A DNA stretch of 64,000 bases from Macrostomum lignano. Its lineage: Eukaryota. Under the pieces are notes generated by a model. The model was not told the origin of the DNA. It did no database searches and saw nothing but the letters and a program-made list of their open reading frames with translations. The first letter of the stretch is position 1. Each line of letters begins with the position of its first letter. The stretch is taken from NCBI GenBank assembly GCA_002269645.1, contig NIVC01000598.1, positions 248,001 to 312,000 of the forward strand, in the 5' to 3' direction. The translations under genes and the position numbers were made by a program. Below are positions 33,777 through 45,617 of this stretch, one piece after another.

Positions 33777-35787
33777 CTAGCAATCTTCGCCCCCCATTGG
33801 GGGACATCTGTATAGAATCTCTGCTCTCTACAAGTAACAAAAAGATAGCCAAATAAAGCATTCACAAAGAGAACAGACAAAATACTTAAATGAAGTGCAA
33901 TGCAAAAAGACAGCAAGCATCCCCCAGATAGCAAGCATCCCCCAGATTGCAAGCATCCCCCGGATAGCAAGCATCCCCCGGATAGCAAGCATCCCCCAGA
34001 TAGCAAGCATCCCCCAGATAGCAAGCATCCCCATGATAGCAAGCATCCCCCAGATAGCAAGCATCCCCCAGATAGCAAGCATCCCCCAGATAGCTAGCAT
34101 CCCCCAGATAGCAAGCATCCCCAGATAGATAGCATCCCCCAAATAGCAAGCATCCCCCAGATAGCAAGCATCCCCAAGGTAGCAAGCACCCCCCAGATAG
34201 CAAGCATCCCCCAGATAGCAAGCACCCCCAGATAGCAAGGATCCCCCAGAAAGCAAGCATCCCCAAGATAGCAAGCTTCCCCCAGATAGCAAACATCCCC
34301 CAGATAGCAAGCATCTTCCAGAGAGCAAGCTCCCCCAGATAGATAGCATCCCCAAATAGCAAGCATCCACCAGACAATAAGTAGCTAGTGCGACAATTTC
34401 CTTAGCATTATAGTGGCTCCTTTAAAATTCGCTTACTTTTACGTTTGAAATTGTGTATCTTTTATGTTTGGCATGGTGGCTCTTTAATGTTTGACATGGT
34501 GGCTCTTTTATGTTGACATGGTGGCTCTTTTATACTTGACATGGTGGCTCTTTACTGTTCGAAATGGTGGCTCTTTTATGTTTGACATGGTGGCTCTTTT
34601 AGGTTTGACATGATGGCACTATTATGTTTTGACATAGTGGCTCTTTAATGTTTGACATGGTAGCTCTTAAATGTTTGACATGGTAGCTCTTAAATGTTTG
34701 ACATGGTAGCTCTTTACTGTTTGAAATGGTGGCTCTTTAATGTTCTACATGGTAACTCTTTTATGTTCGACATGGTGGCTTTTTAATGTCTGACATGGTG
34801 GCTCCCAAATGTTTGACACGGTGGCTCTTTAATGTTCTTCATGGTGGCTCTTTAATATTCTACATGGTGGCTCTTTTATGTTTGATACGGTGGCTTTTTA
34901 ATGTCTGACATGGTGGCTATTTTATGTTTGACATGGTGGCTCTTCTATGTTTAACATGGTGGCTCTTTTATGTTTGACACGGTGGCTCTTTAATGTTCGA
35001 CAAAGTGGCTATTTGATGTTTGATATGGTGACACTTAAATGTTTGACATAAAGTCACATAAATGTTAGACATGGTGGCTTTTTAATCGTTGACATGGAGT
35101 CACGTATATGTTTGACATAGTGCTTATTTTATGTTTGGCATGGTGGCTCTTTTATGTTTGACATGGTGGCTCTTCTATGTTTGACATTCCGCTTCTATTA
35201 TGTTTAGCAGTTTTGTGTTTTTAAGGTGTTTTAATAAAAAAATCTTTTTGCACTACTAAGATTCAAACCCAGGTCGCTACATTAGCATTCCAGTCTGTTT
35301 GCATCTTGGCTATCTATTTTCAATTGGAGAACATGAATTGTGGCCCTTATAATTCAATTCTTACAGCAAGTCAATTGGAGTAAAAAGTTATGACATAATC
35401 AATTTCTCAGTCAGCCAGTATCAGTCTCAATTTGAGTTAGCAATATGGTTACACAATTTCATTCAAGTCGTGTGTGCATTTCTTCGGCACTGTTTTCAAC
35501 TTGTTGTGATGCAATCTTTATCACAATCGGAATTCAGCCAGTCAGTTTTTTCTCTAGCATTCTTACAATGAATTTTAGGTCGAAAGAGCTGCTTGACCTT
35601 TGCAAAAAAGCATGTTTTTCGAATATTTAATCCTTTTAACATTGAGAAATTTCTTAGCCAGGATGCATGTACCGTCCCAGGAAAATTTCCGATCAAATGG
35701 TGCAAGTCTGAAGAAAATTGGTTGAGCCATTTTTTCTGGAATCTATCTCACACATACACACAGACATTTCATTTTTAGTATATAGGA
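33777..35787 (-). mobile_element. Non-autonomous Helitron copy B (inverted), with longer minisatellite arrays
   Basis: Minus strand 5' A|TCCTATATACTAA; 3' CCCCCAATGGGGG-CGAAGATTGCTAG|T; reverse-complement similarity to 31197-32710 along its length. Confidence 0.8.
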
Positions 35788-36176
35788 TTAGAGATTTAGT
35801 ATATTTAGATTTAAAATTGCATAATTGTTAATTGCAATCAAAATGAGGAAAACCTAGAAATTGATGTAAAAGTGAGTTGCAACCTTCACAATAAAATTTA
35901 AATGCCAAAAATATTAACATAATGAAAATATTCATTTTTGAGAAGTTTAATATCAATAACTAAAAAAGTATATAAATAGTGAGTTTTACAAACAATTTTG
36001 CAAGATAGCCCATCCATTTAAATAATTGTATTAATATTATTAAATTTGAATTTTATATCCATATGATATAGCAAATTTTGATAAAAATAGATATAACTAA
36101 AGGGGGATTTAGAAAATGAAAATGATTAAAATTTTAGCAATATGAATAAAGGTGCCATGAATTTTATAAAGGCATA

Positions 36177-37477
36177 CAAGGGGCACTAGATAAGTTTTTA
36201 GCTGCAGTCAACATGTAACAGTTATAAAGATGAAACTTTTAGAGCTTTTCAAAGTACTCTCCATCAGCTTGGATGCACCGCCTCATCTGCTCAAACCAAG
36301 TTTCAAAGCAGTGGCGCCACTCTGAGTGGGATACCCCCTCAATGGCCGATCTATAGGCATCAACAGCCTCTTCGGCGGAGGAAAATCGGCACCCTCGCAT
36401 GGAATTCTTGATGAATGGAAACAATTGATGACCATTGATGAATGGTCAGGTGAATATGGTGGATGACTGAGCTGTTGGAAGCCCACCGTCTGTAGAAACT
36501 CTCGAGTTCAATTTGCCAGTGTGCGCACTGGCGTTGTCCTGGTGCAGCCAGAGACCTCGAATGCCGCACTTTGGCCGCGCCTCTTTAAGGCTGCTGATGA
36601 CACGCAGCAGGCAGATGGTGCAGTACCAATCTGCAGTCACTGTGCACTGGCTCTCGAGTGCTACAGTCGCAATGTGGCCAGTCTTTTGGAAGAAAGTTGC
36701 CACCATTTGCTTGCCAGTGCTCCGACCCCTGACAACCTTGGCGTTCTTCATCTTCAAAAGCCCACACATGCAACTGGCATTTTTGCTCGGGTTCGTAGCA
36801 ATACACCCACGTTTTGTCACATGTGACAATGTCTGTGACAGACTTCGACGTCCCTCCACCAAACCTGTCCAGCAGTTCCTGGCACCAGCTCATGCGGGCC
36901 TGCTTCTGCTCAGCAGTGAGCAAATGCGGCACCCAGTGACTGGTCAGCTTGCAGACTGCAAGGTGATCACAAAGGATAGAAGCGACTGTCAGTGATGAGA
37001 TACCAAGACATGCCTTAATTGTTTGATATGTCACTTGCCGATCAGCCTCAATCATGTGCTGCACGTGGTCGATAGTTTCAGGTGTCATCACTGAAACAGG
37101 TCGGCCAGTTTGACCTTTGTCTTCCAAGCTGTCTCGGCCACGCTTGAACTTTTGGAACCAGGCGGTGACAGTGGCGATGGATGGCGCAAGGTTAGGAAAG
37201 GCAGCAGACAGCCACTTGTGGCACTGGTGAAATGTCAAGCTGCTCTTAAAATCATAGAAAATCATGGCACAAGAGTGTTCACGATTGAGCTCCATTACAG
37301 TGCTGAAAGAGTCACAGACCTTGTTGAGATAAAATGCAACAGTGAGAGAATGGTGACAATTAGGTGCATGAAACTTTGGGGATCATGATAAAACTTCTTA
37401 TTCAATATGCTCAGAAAATATGGCCTCATTTGAATAAACAGTTTGACCACAGCTAAAAACTTATCTAGTGCCCCTCG
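36177..37477 (-). mobile_element. Full-length mariner element (1301 bp, irritans-like), transposase frameshifted
   Basis: TA flanks; 28-bp TIRs C(A/G)AGGGGCACTAGATAAGTTTTTAGCTG with one mismatch. Transposase 37295 to 36239 in three frames with WVPHLLT, TCDKTW, HQDNAS and HPPYSPD. Confidence 0.93.
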
Positions 37478-37968
37478 TAATATATATTAAAGCCTATAAA
37501 GGTACCATTACCCATAAGCCTAAAGATCTAGGTAAACTTGTCAACTTTATTAGTTAACTTTGTTGTAACTAATTTGCTATATAACAAAATATATAGGAGT
37601 AAAAGATGCTGACAAAAATAAAAGCAATAAAGTTTACATTATAATTGTATATGTATTTATAATAAATTTATAAATTTATTTTGATCAATTGAAATTGATT
37701 TTTATTGTTGATTTTTATTGTTTATCTCATTCTCATTGTCAAGCCTGTTGTTGCCATCAAATATTCCTAATTTTGTTTTTATAGTTTTATCTTATCTTGT
37801 ATTTTATCGCATTTGTATATGGCAAACTACTAGGTAGTATGTGCTACTGTCTAAAATCTAGTCAATCTAGTGAAAGATAATCTGGCTTACCAAACTCTTT
37901 TACCAAAATGGGCATACAAAACACATTACAAAGAAGTAGCATATATTACCATTTGCAAGTTATTCAAT

Positions 37969-38505
37969 CATATATGTGCAACCCCCTGATTTATACTGGT
38001 TATGCAACTTACTTTTTGACCAAAAATGCAATTTACCTATGAAAGAAACCCTAAAGCAAAATTAATGCAATTTTGAATAAATGGCAGGAATAACTATTAT
38101 TGTCTTATAAAGTCTATGATGTCATAATGTCAATGCTTTAAGGTTAGGTTTAGGGTTAGGGTTAGGGTTAGGTTTAGAAGGTTAACAGATTTTTTAAGAT
38201 TTCAAGGCTTATGGGGGGAATTGCTAAGATGTCAAGGGGGAGTTGATATGCTAAGGCTTGTGGGGGGGGAGGAATTGCTGGCATGTCAAGGCTTACAAGG
38301 GGTTGCTGAGGTATAATGCAAAGAGACGCTTATATGTAGTTTATTAAAAAACTTGTGCTGTATTTTTTGGCTCCCCAACGGGGGCGCTGATTGCTAGTAC
38401 TATGTCTATATTCTTTTTTTGTGGGCATTTTTGCAACTTACCCTTGGTCTACTACAATTAATGGTAGCCAAATCAGCCAGATTGGTCAATAGTTGCGCAT
38501 GTTTA
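37969..38505. mobile_element. MITE (CATAC..GCGCAAC TIR family) copy 1, carrying an insertion of about 250 bp
   Basis: 8-bp TSD TATTCAAT (37961-37968, 38506-38513); internal similarity to 39686-39983 (AAACCCTAAAGCAAAATTAA..GGCAGGA.TAACTAT). Confidence 0.78.
38144..38177 (+). repeat. Short interstitial telomere-like (TTAGGG)n tract
   Basis: TTAGGT-T-TAGGG-TTAGGG-TTAGGG-TTAGGT-TTAG seen directly. Confidence 0.85.
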
Positions 38506-39359
38506 TATTCAATAATGGAGATATCTAACATTGAAAATTAGGCAATTCTTGTTATGATGACAACCATATAAATAATGATTTAGTTTTTTTGTAGTCAATA
38601 CAATAAATACTATCTAGGGTTAAATATAACTGTTTAACTAGGCTTAATTAAGAAAAATGCTTTTTTACAAAGGTCAAGTAAACTGTGATTTCAAAAAATG
38701 CTAGAAACAGTGCTAGAAAAAACTTATTGACTAAATTTTTATTCTGTTTGATAAAGATTATATAAGTTGAAAGCACAATGTAAAAATAAATCCAAAGACT
38801 TGATTATGATTGCATAACTATATTGTTGAATTTAATAGACTGATTCTGTCCTAGAGCTTTTCTGTCTGTTATAGATATTTCCTATTTCTTACTAGTAGCA
38901 TTCTTACTCTATATTAGTAGCATTCTATGTAGGCCTAGGCAATCCTAATACTAAAACTCACATGTTGTTTATCTATGTATTCGGTAACTCCTCTGAAAAT
39001 ACTGCCAAGTCAGCATTGAAACTTATATAGGCAAACTGCAAATTTTAATGTATATTACTATTACTGGTATACATATTGTGTGTATGTCTTCTAGCCTTGG
39101 GCATTCCTAGGATTAGAGAGTCATGGCCTTCAATATCTACATATGCTCTGAGATCTACTTTGTTTCTATCTGATTTCAGTATTCGAATTATTATTAAGTA
39201 TATGCTCCTTCTATTTTACTCAGAAAATTAAACAGTTCAGATGCAATTCTCAATTTATTTGGAACTCACTTTCTTATTACCTAATAAATTCTTTTTCTTA
39301 GTCAAAGAGGTTGCAATGATTAGAAAACAGTTATTCCCTATTTAACCCAAAGTTTATAG

Positions 39360-40363
39360 CAAGGACGACTTAAGTAGAAGGACGGGAAACCTCGTTTCTT
39401 AGAAATTTTTTGAAGGCACTTTTTCCCGAAAAAATACACTACGGAGATAGGAAATTTTCATTTTTTCAGCACAAAAATTGCTATTACTTTTGATAGGAGG
39501 CAGATCCAGTGCTCATCTTTTGATATGTTGTGCCTTTTTTATTGCTCTATCGATATTTATAAAGCTTTCTGTTCAGAAAATTAGGATTCTATGTTAATTT
39601 TTTATTCTACGTATATTTCCTGTATCTAAAAATCACAAAAATGCATGACACAGCTTCAATATTTGGTTTTATGAACCTATTTTATCATACATGCGCAACC
39701 TCCAAAATTCGGTCGGCCGTGCGACTTAGTTTTAACAAAAATGCGACGTAGTTTTTGGCCAAAAATGCGACTTACATGTAAAAAAACCCTAAAGCAAAAT
39801 TAACGCAACTTTGGGTAAACGGCAGGAGTAACTATGACTGTTTTATTAAGCCAAAATGCCTCGTCAGCTACTTAGTACTACTACTTGGGTATTTTTTTAG
39901 GTGGACATTTTTGCGACTTCCTTGGTTGGCTGCCAAATCAGTCGGCCGGATCGGCCGACTCGGCCGACTGTTGCGCACGTATGTATTTTATCATCTCTGT
40001 TACAAATATTCGCTACACAGTCAGGTAAGAAGGATAAAATAGACTCATAAAATCAAAGAGCCAAGCCGTGGCATTCTAATGTATTTCAAGCACAAGACAC
40101 ATGAAAATATACGTAGAATAAAAAATTAACATAGAATCCTAATTTTCTGAACAGAAAGCTTTATAAATATCGATAGAGCAATAAAAAAGGCACAACATAT
40201 CAAAAGATCAACACTGGATCTGCCTCCTATCAAAAGTTATAGCAATTTTTGTGCTGAAAAAATGAAAATTTCCTATCTCCGCAGTGTATTTTTTCGGGAA
40301 AAAGTGCCTTCAAAAAATTTCTAAGAAACGAGGTTTCCCGTCCTTCTACTTAAGTCGTCCTTG
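39360..40363. mobile_element. Foldback-type non-autonomous DNA transposon with TIRs of about 260 bp (P or hAT superfamily)
   Basis: Arms 39360-39619 and about 40104-40363 are near-perfect inverted repeats starting CAAGGACGACTTAAG; exact 8-bp TSD GTTTATAG (39352-39359, 40364-40371). Confidence 0.9.
39686..39983. mobile_element. MITE (CATAC..GCGCAAC TIR family) copy 2, nested in the foldback element
   Basis: 14-bp TIR CATAC(A/G)TGCGCAAC; exact 8-bp TSD TATTTTAT (39678-39685, 39984-39991). Confidence 0.88.
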
Positions 40364-40598
40364 GTTTATAGATCTATTTTTACTAAAAAATTGGTTCTAT
40401 TTAAAACAAAGAAAATATATACTTTGGAAAATATGCAAAGCAAAACAAATTAGCTTTCTAAAAAATCCATGCAGATTTAATTTGCAAAAAAGTTCTTATT
40501 TCATGCAAGAAGGCCTTAAACAATACTAACTGAGAAACTGTGTATATCATAACTGCTTTTTGTGACATTTACCTTTAACTACCCCTGTTTTCATGCCA

Positions 40599-43133
40599 AT
40601 GGGCGCCTTCCTAGACAAACCTGTTGTAAACAAAGTGTCCGGCAGCGGCCAGCTGCCCGACGGCATCGCCTACGGCCACTCCACCATGCAGGGCTGGCGC
40701 ACCAGCCAGGAGGACGCGCACGCCTGCGCTCCCGGCTTCGACGCCAGCCAGCCAGACCGGCACCTGTTCGCCGTCTTTGATGGCCACGGCGGCGCCGAGG
40801 TGGCACTCTACCTGGCCAAGCACCTCCCCCAGTACCTGCTGCAGACTGACACCTACCAGAGCGGCGACTTTGAACAAGCGCTCAAGGACGCCTTTCTTGG
40901 CCTCGATGCCAAGCTGCTCGAGCCCGAGGTGGCCGCCGTGCTGAAGAGCCTCGCCAAATCGGCCGAAGACGACTCCGAGTCCGACCAGGACGCCATGGCC
41001 GAGGAGGCCAGCGCCCTGCGCGAGGAGGCTGACATGCCGCTGGACCGCCTGCTGCGCACCATCAACGCGGCCGCAGCGGCCAGGCGTCAGCGTAGGGCAG
41101 AGGAAGGTGAGATTTTTCGGATCCAATCTCTTACCATCATTCACTGACCATTTCTGACCAATTCTAAATATCACCCTCTCTGACCAATTCTGACCATCAT
41201 CCTCTGACCAATTCTGACCATCATCCTCTGACCAATTCTGACCATCACCCTCTGACCAATTCTGACCATCATCCTCTGACCAATTCTGACCATCACCCTC
41301 TGACCAATTCTGACCATCACCCTCTGACCAATTCTGACCATCATCCTCTGACCAATTCTGACCATCACCCTCTGACCAATTCTGACCATCATCCTCTGAC
41401 CAATTCTGACCATCATCCTCTGACCAATTCTGACCATCATCCTCTGACCAATTCTGACCATCATCCTCTGACCAATTCTGACCATCATCCTCTGACCAAT
41501 TCTGACCATCATCCTCTGACCAATTCTGACCATCATCCTCTGACCAATTCTGACCATCACCCTCTCTGAGCAATTCTGACCATCATCCTCTGACCAATTC
41601 TGACCATCACCCTCTGACCAATTCTGACCATCATCCTCTGACCAATTCTGACCATCATCCTCTGACCAATTCTGACCATCATCCTCTGACCAATTCTGAC
41701 CATCATCCTCTGACCAATTCTGACCATCATCCTCTGACCAATTCTGACCATCATCCTCTGACCAATTCTGACCATCATCCTCTGACCAATTCTGACCATC
41801 ATCCTCTGACCAATTCTGACCATCATCCTCTGACCAATTCTGACCATCATCCTCTGACCAATTCTGACCATCATCCTCTGACCAATTCTGACCATCATCC
41901 TCTGACCAATTCTGACCATCATCCTCTGACCAATTCTGACCATCATCCTCTGACCAATTCTGACCATCACCCTCTCTGAGCAATTCTTCAGTTATTGCCT
42001 ACAAACTTATTTAATCTTCTCAATCGCCAGTTGAGTCAGCTGAAGCCGCTGTCGCTGAAAACGAGAACAACGAGAATACGGAGCGGGAGGCGGCCGCCCA
42101 CACCGCCGACTCTGCCGATAACGGCGTCAATGGTTCTGCCGCCGCCGCCACCGCTGCTGCTGCCACCAACGACGAGGGCGCCGGCAGTTCGTCGAATGCG
42201 GAGGCGAAGGCAGCGGCGGAGGAAGACGCCGAGGCAGAGGAAGACGACAAAGACTACGTGCCCGGCGAAGCGGATGAGGAAGAGGAGGAGGAAGAAGAGG
42301 AAGACGAGGAAAGCAAAGATGAGGGCGATGAAGATGAGGAGGATGGCGAGGAAGGTGAGGAAGGCGACGATGATGAAGAGGAGGACTCCGAATCCGAGGA
42401 ATCGGACGAGTCAGAAGAGTACGAGGTCATCATGCCCACCGGTGACGACCCCGGCGTGGACTCCGGGACCACCGCCGTGGTGGCCCTGATGGTTGGCGAC
42501 CGGCTGTTCGTGGCCAACGCTGGCGACTCGCGCGCTGTCCTGTCCGATGCCGGCGTCGCGGTCGACATGAGCGACGATCACAAGCCGGAGGATGAGCCAG
42601 AGCGGCAGCGCATCGAGACTGCTGGCGGTCACGTGACTAAGGAGGGCCGCGTGAACGGCGGCCTGAACTTGAGCCGAGCCATCGGAGACCACGCCTACAA
42701 GCAGAACTCCGAGCTGACGGCCGCCAAGCAGATCATCAGCCCGCTGCCCGACGTTCGCTCGGTCACCATCACAGACAGTCACCGGTTTCTTCTGTTGGCC
42801 TGCGACGGCATCTGGAACTCGATGTCCTCCCAGGAGGCCGTGGACTTCTGCGAGAAGCGCCTGTCCGCCGGGCTTGGCCCCGAGCAGGTGTGCGAGGCCC
42901 TGTTCGACCACTGCCTGGCCCCCAACACCGAGGACTCGGACGGGACCGGCTGCGACAACATGACGGCCGTGCTGGTCCGCTTCCACGGCGCCGACCAGCA
43001 GCAGGCGGCGGAAGGCGTCTCCCGCAAGCGCCAGCTGCCATCAGCCGGCCAGGAGGCCGAGGCCGCCGCCGGCGCTGAAGCTTCCGCCGCGGCCGCTGGG
43101 GAGAGTGAGAGCAAGAGAGCCAAGGAGGGCTAG
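40599..43133 (+). CDS. PPM1G: Protein phosphatase 1G (PP2C-gamma) with acidic insert; exons 40599-41106 and 42031-43133
   Basis: MGAFLDKP start (alternative ATG at 40593), [21 protein letters not shown], long D/E-rich insert, [44 protein letters not shown] and GCDNMT. Phase-1 junction gtgaga...cgccag. Confidence 0.95.
41145..41985. repeat. Intronic minisatellite, 24-bp unit TCTGACCAATTCTGACCATCATCC
   Basis: Fills about 90% of the PPM1G intron. Confidence 0.97.
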
Positions 43134-43249
43134 GATTGTGGCAACTGTTGACTGCTTTGCATGCGGCATTTGACCTTTGACCCCGCCCTGTCTGCTGTGT
43201 TGCTTTCTGTGTCAGCGAGCTGAGCTTATCGCCAATCATGTATGAAATT

Positions 43250-43765
43250 ATCTTGGGTGATGCTGGTGATTATCATGGGTGATGCTGGTGATTATCATGG
43301 GTGATGCTGGTGATTATCATAGATGATGCTGGTGATTATCATGGGTGATGCTGGTGATTATCATAGATGATGCTGGTGATTATCATAGATGATGCTGGTG
43401 ATTATCATGAGTGATGCTGGTGCTTATTATAGGTGATGCTGGTGATTATTATAGGTGATGCTGGTGATTATCATGAGTGATGCTGGTGATAATCATAGGT
43501 GATGCTGGTGATTATCATAGATGATGCTGGTGATTATCATGGGTGATGCTGGTGATTATCATAGATGATGCTGGTGATTATCATGGGTGATGCTGGTGAT
43601 TATCATAGATGATGCTGGTGATTATCATAGATGATGCTGGTGATTATCATAGCTGATGCTGGTGATTATCATGGGTGATGCTGGTGATTATCATGGGTGA
43701 TGCTGGTGATTATTTTAGGTGATGCTGGTGATTATCATGGGCGATTCTGGTGATTATTATGACTC
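43250..43765. repeat. Minisatellite, 22-bp unit GATGCTGGTGATTATCAT(GGGT/AGAT), downstream of the PPM1G stop
   Basis: Tandem copies seen directly. Confidence 0.97.
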
Positions 43766-44479
43766 CGATTAGTGTTTAAGTCCATAGCCAGCAATGATGA
43801 TTATTACTGCAAGCCAGGTGATCATCTGCTCGAGTAAACAGGTTATGTTTATCATGAAAATTTGGATTTAATGAATGGCTCAGCTATCATTCCAGAATAG
43901 TTCATGAATCAGGCCATTGGCTCCCTCACCGTGCTGGCAGATAAATGAACTGGCTGGCCTCCCCCGATTTGAATAATTTGTGCTTTTGTCCAGTTGTGTG
44001 TGCGTGTTGCCATGCAAAAAATGCATTTCAACGACCCAGTTGAACCCCCTTTCTGCAGTCCCTCGCTTTACTTTTCAAAAGTAAAACGTGTCGCTGTTTC
44101 CATTTTTTACCGTTTCTCCCCGACCTGAATGAACTCGCCTCCCAGCGTTTGCGTTTCTTGTTGTCGCTTTTAAACTGCGCATCAAATTGTTAATCTCTGT
44201 GTGTTCCGGGTTGCGCACTGGTTACATTTTTCATAGCTGTTCTTTTCGCTTACTGAGCGAGTTTTAGCCTGGTCGGCCGATTCCGTACCTGAGGTGATGA
44301 AAATTAATTAATACTTGAATAATTAGGCCATACTAATAAACATATTGTCTATTTTTATTTGTTCGCGCAGCGGCGGGCAACAGTCCGGTCTGCCCGGCCC
44401 TGATTGAGGAAATGCCTGGCTGGGTCTGCCTTCGTTTATCGCTTTATTGTTTGATGTACTTCACAGCAGAGATCCGCCA

Positions 44480-44728
44480 TCTCAGATACTCGGGTCGGGT
44501 AGCCACTGAGTCCCAGATACTCGGGTCGGGTCGCCACTGAGTCCCAGATACTCGGGTCGGGTCGCCACTGAGTCCCAGATACTCGGGTCGGGTCGCCACT
44601 GAGTCCCAGATACTCGGGTCGGGTCGCCACTGAGTCCCAGATACTCGGGTCGAGTCGCCACTGAGTCCCAGATACTCGGGTCGGGTCGCCACTGAGTCCC
44701 AGATACTCAGGTCGGGTAGCCACTGAGT
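44480..44728. repeat. Minisatellite, 31-bp unit AGATACTCGGGTCGGGTCGCCACTGAGTCCC
   Basis: About 8 tandem copies. Confidence 0.97.
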
Positions 44729-44810
44729 CTCTATAATAAATCTAAGGCTAGAAAATACAGTTGTACTTTTATAGAAGCAATCAGTTAACTTGCACTTTAA
44801 CTCTGTTTCA

Positions 44811-45152
44811 GCGGCAGCCGCGCGCTCAGCTCCCGCCCGCCAATGTCCGCCTGCCTGCCGCTTGCCGCCAACGCTCCCCTGCCAGCCGTAGACACCGTCG
44901 GCTGGTCGACACCGCGCCGCGCCGTCTCAGTGAGCGCCACGCGAGCCCGTGCCGCTGATGGCGGCAGCGCCACGACGCGCCGCGCATTCTCGGCGAACTC
45001 TCGTCGATCTCGGCAACCGTGGCGCCGGCCGCCGCCCCAGCAGCGGCGGCAAGACTCGACTCGCCGCGTCGCCGCCTGGCGCAACTGGCGCGCCAGTTCT
45101 GCGCCACGCGCCATCCTACGCTTGGCGCCACTGGTGCAGAACGCTAGTTCAG
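44811..45152 (+). other. GC-rich exon-like segment of uncertain frame (possible 5' exon of the downstream EF-hand gene, or a separate small gene)
   Basis: Acceptor ctgtttcag at about 44810, donor tcag|gtgtgg at 45153, ORF 44843-45211. No recognisable domain and no clean in-phase acceptor into the next exon. Confidence 0.3.
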
Positions 45153-45617
45153 GTGTGGAGTCTATGGCCGAACCGCCCCAAAGCACTCTCGATGTCGTAC
45201 ATCTTAGATAGTTTAAACTGTTGTCTCATCATTTTTCATTTTTCGCCGCGTCGCCGACGATGCTGGATTTTCGGTCAAGCTGACGTCTATTGAACCTCTG
45301 TGCCTCTCTGTCTCTCCGCCTATAGCTGTGATGCAGTGGAACTTTACATTCATTTCGATTGATTGCTAAATAAATAGTTAATAATCACTTTTTTAGTAAT
45401 TTTTCAGCTTTTCTAATCACTATCATCACTCAAATTAGCGGCTTATTCAAAAACTTATTTCGAATAGTTTTTACGGTTGCATTCGTGCATTAGTTTATGG
45501 CAAAGTTGTCAAGCTGTGTTAGAAAAAGAGCTTGAAAAGCTTGCATCTTGCACACAACTGCGCGCAGTCCACCCGATTGCTTGTGCGGCTAACTGGGGCG
45601 TCAACTCGTCTAGAGAC

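Noticed and set aside
33668-34377. Hydrophobic repeat ORFs (MLAIWG)n, (GGCLLS)n and (QIASIP)n
   Set aside because: Six-codon periodicity from the 18-bp array inside the Helitron.
40611-41983. (DGQNWSED)n and (MMVRIGQR)n ORFs
   Set aside because: Antisense readings of the 24-bp array in the PPM1G intron.
45077-45106. 16-bp perfect palindrome AACTGGCGCGCCAGTT with short extended arms
   Set aside because: A single short palindrome in very GC-rich sequence; not distinguishable from chance without further evidence.
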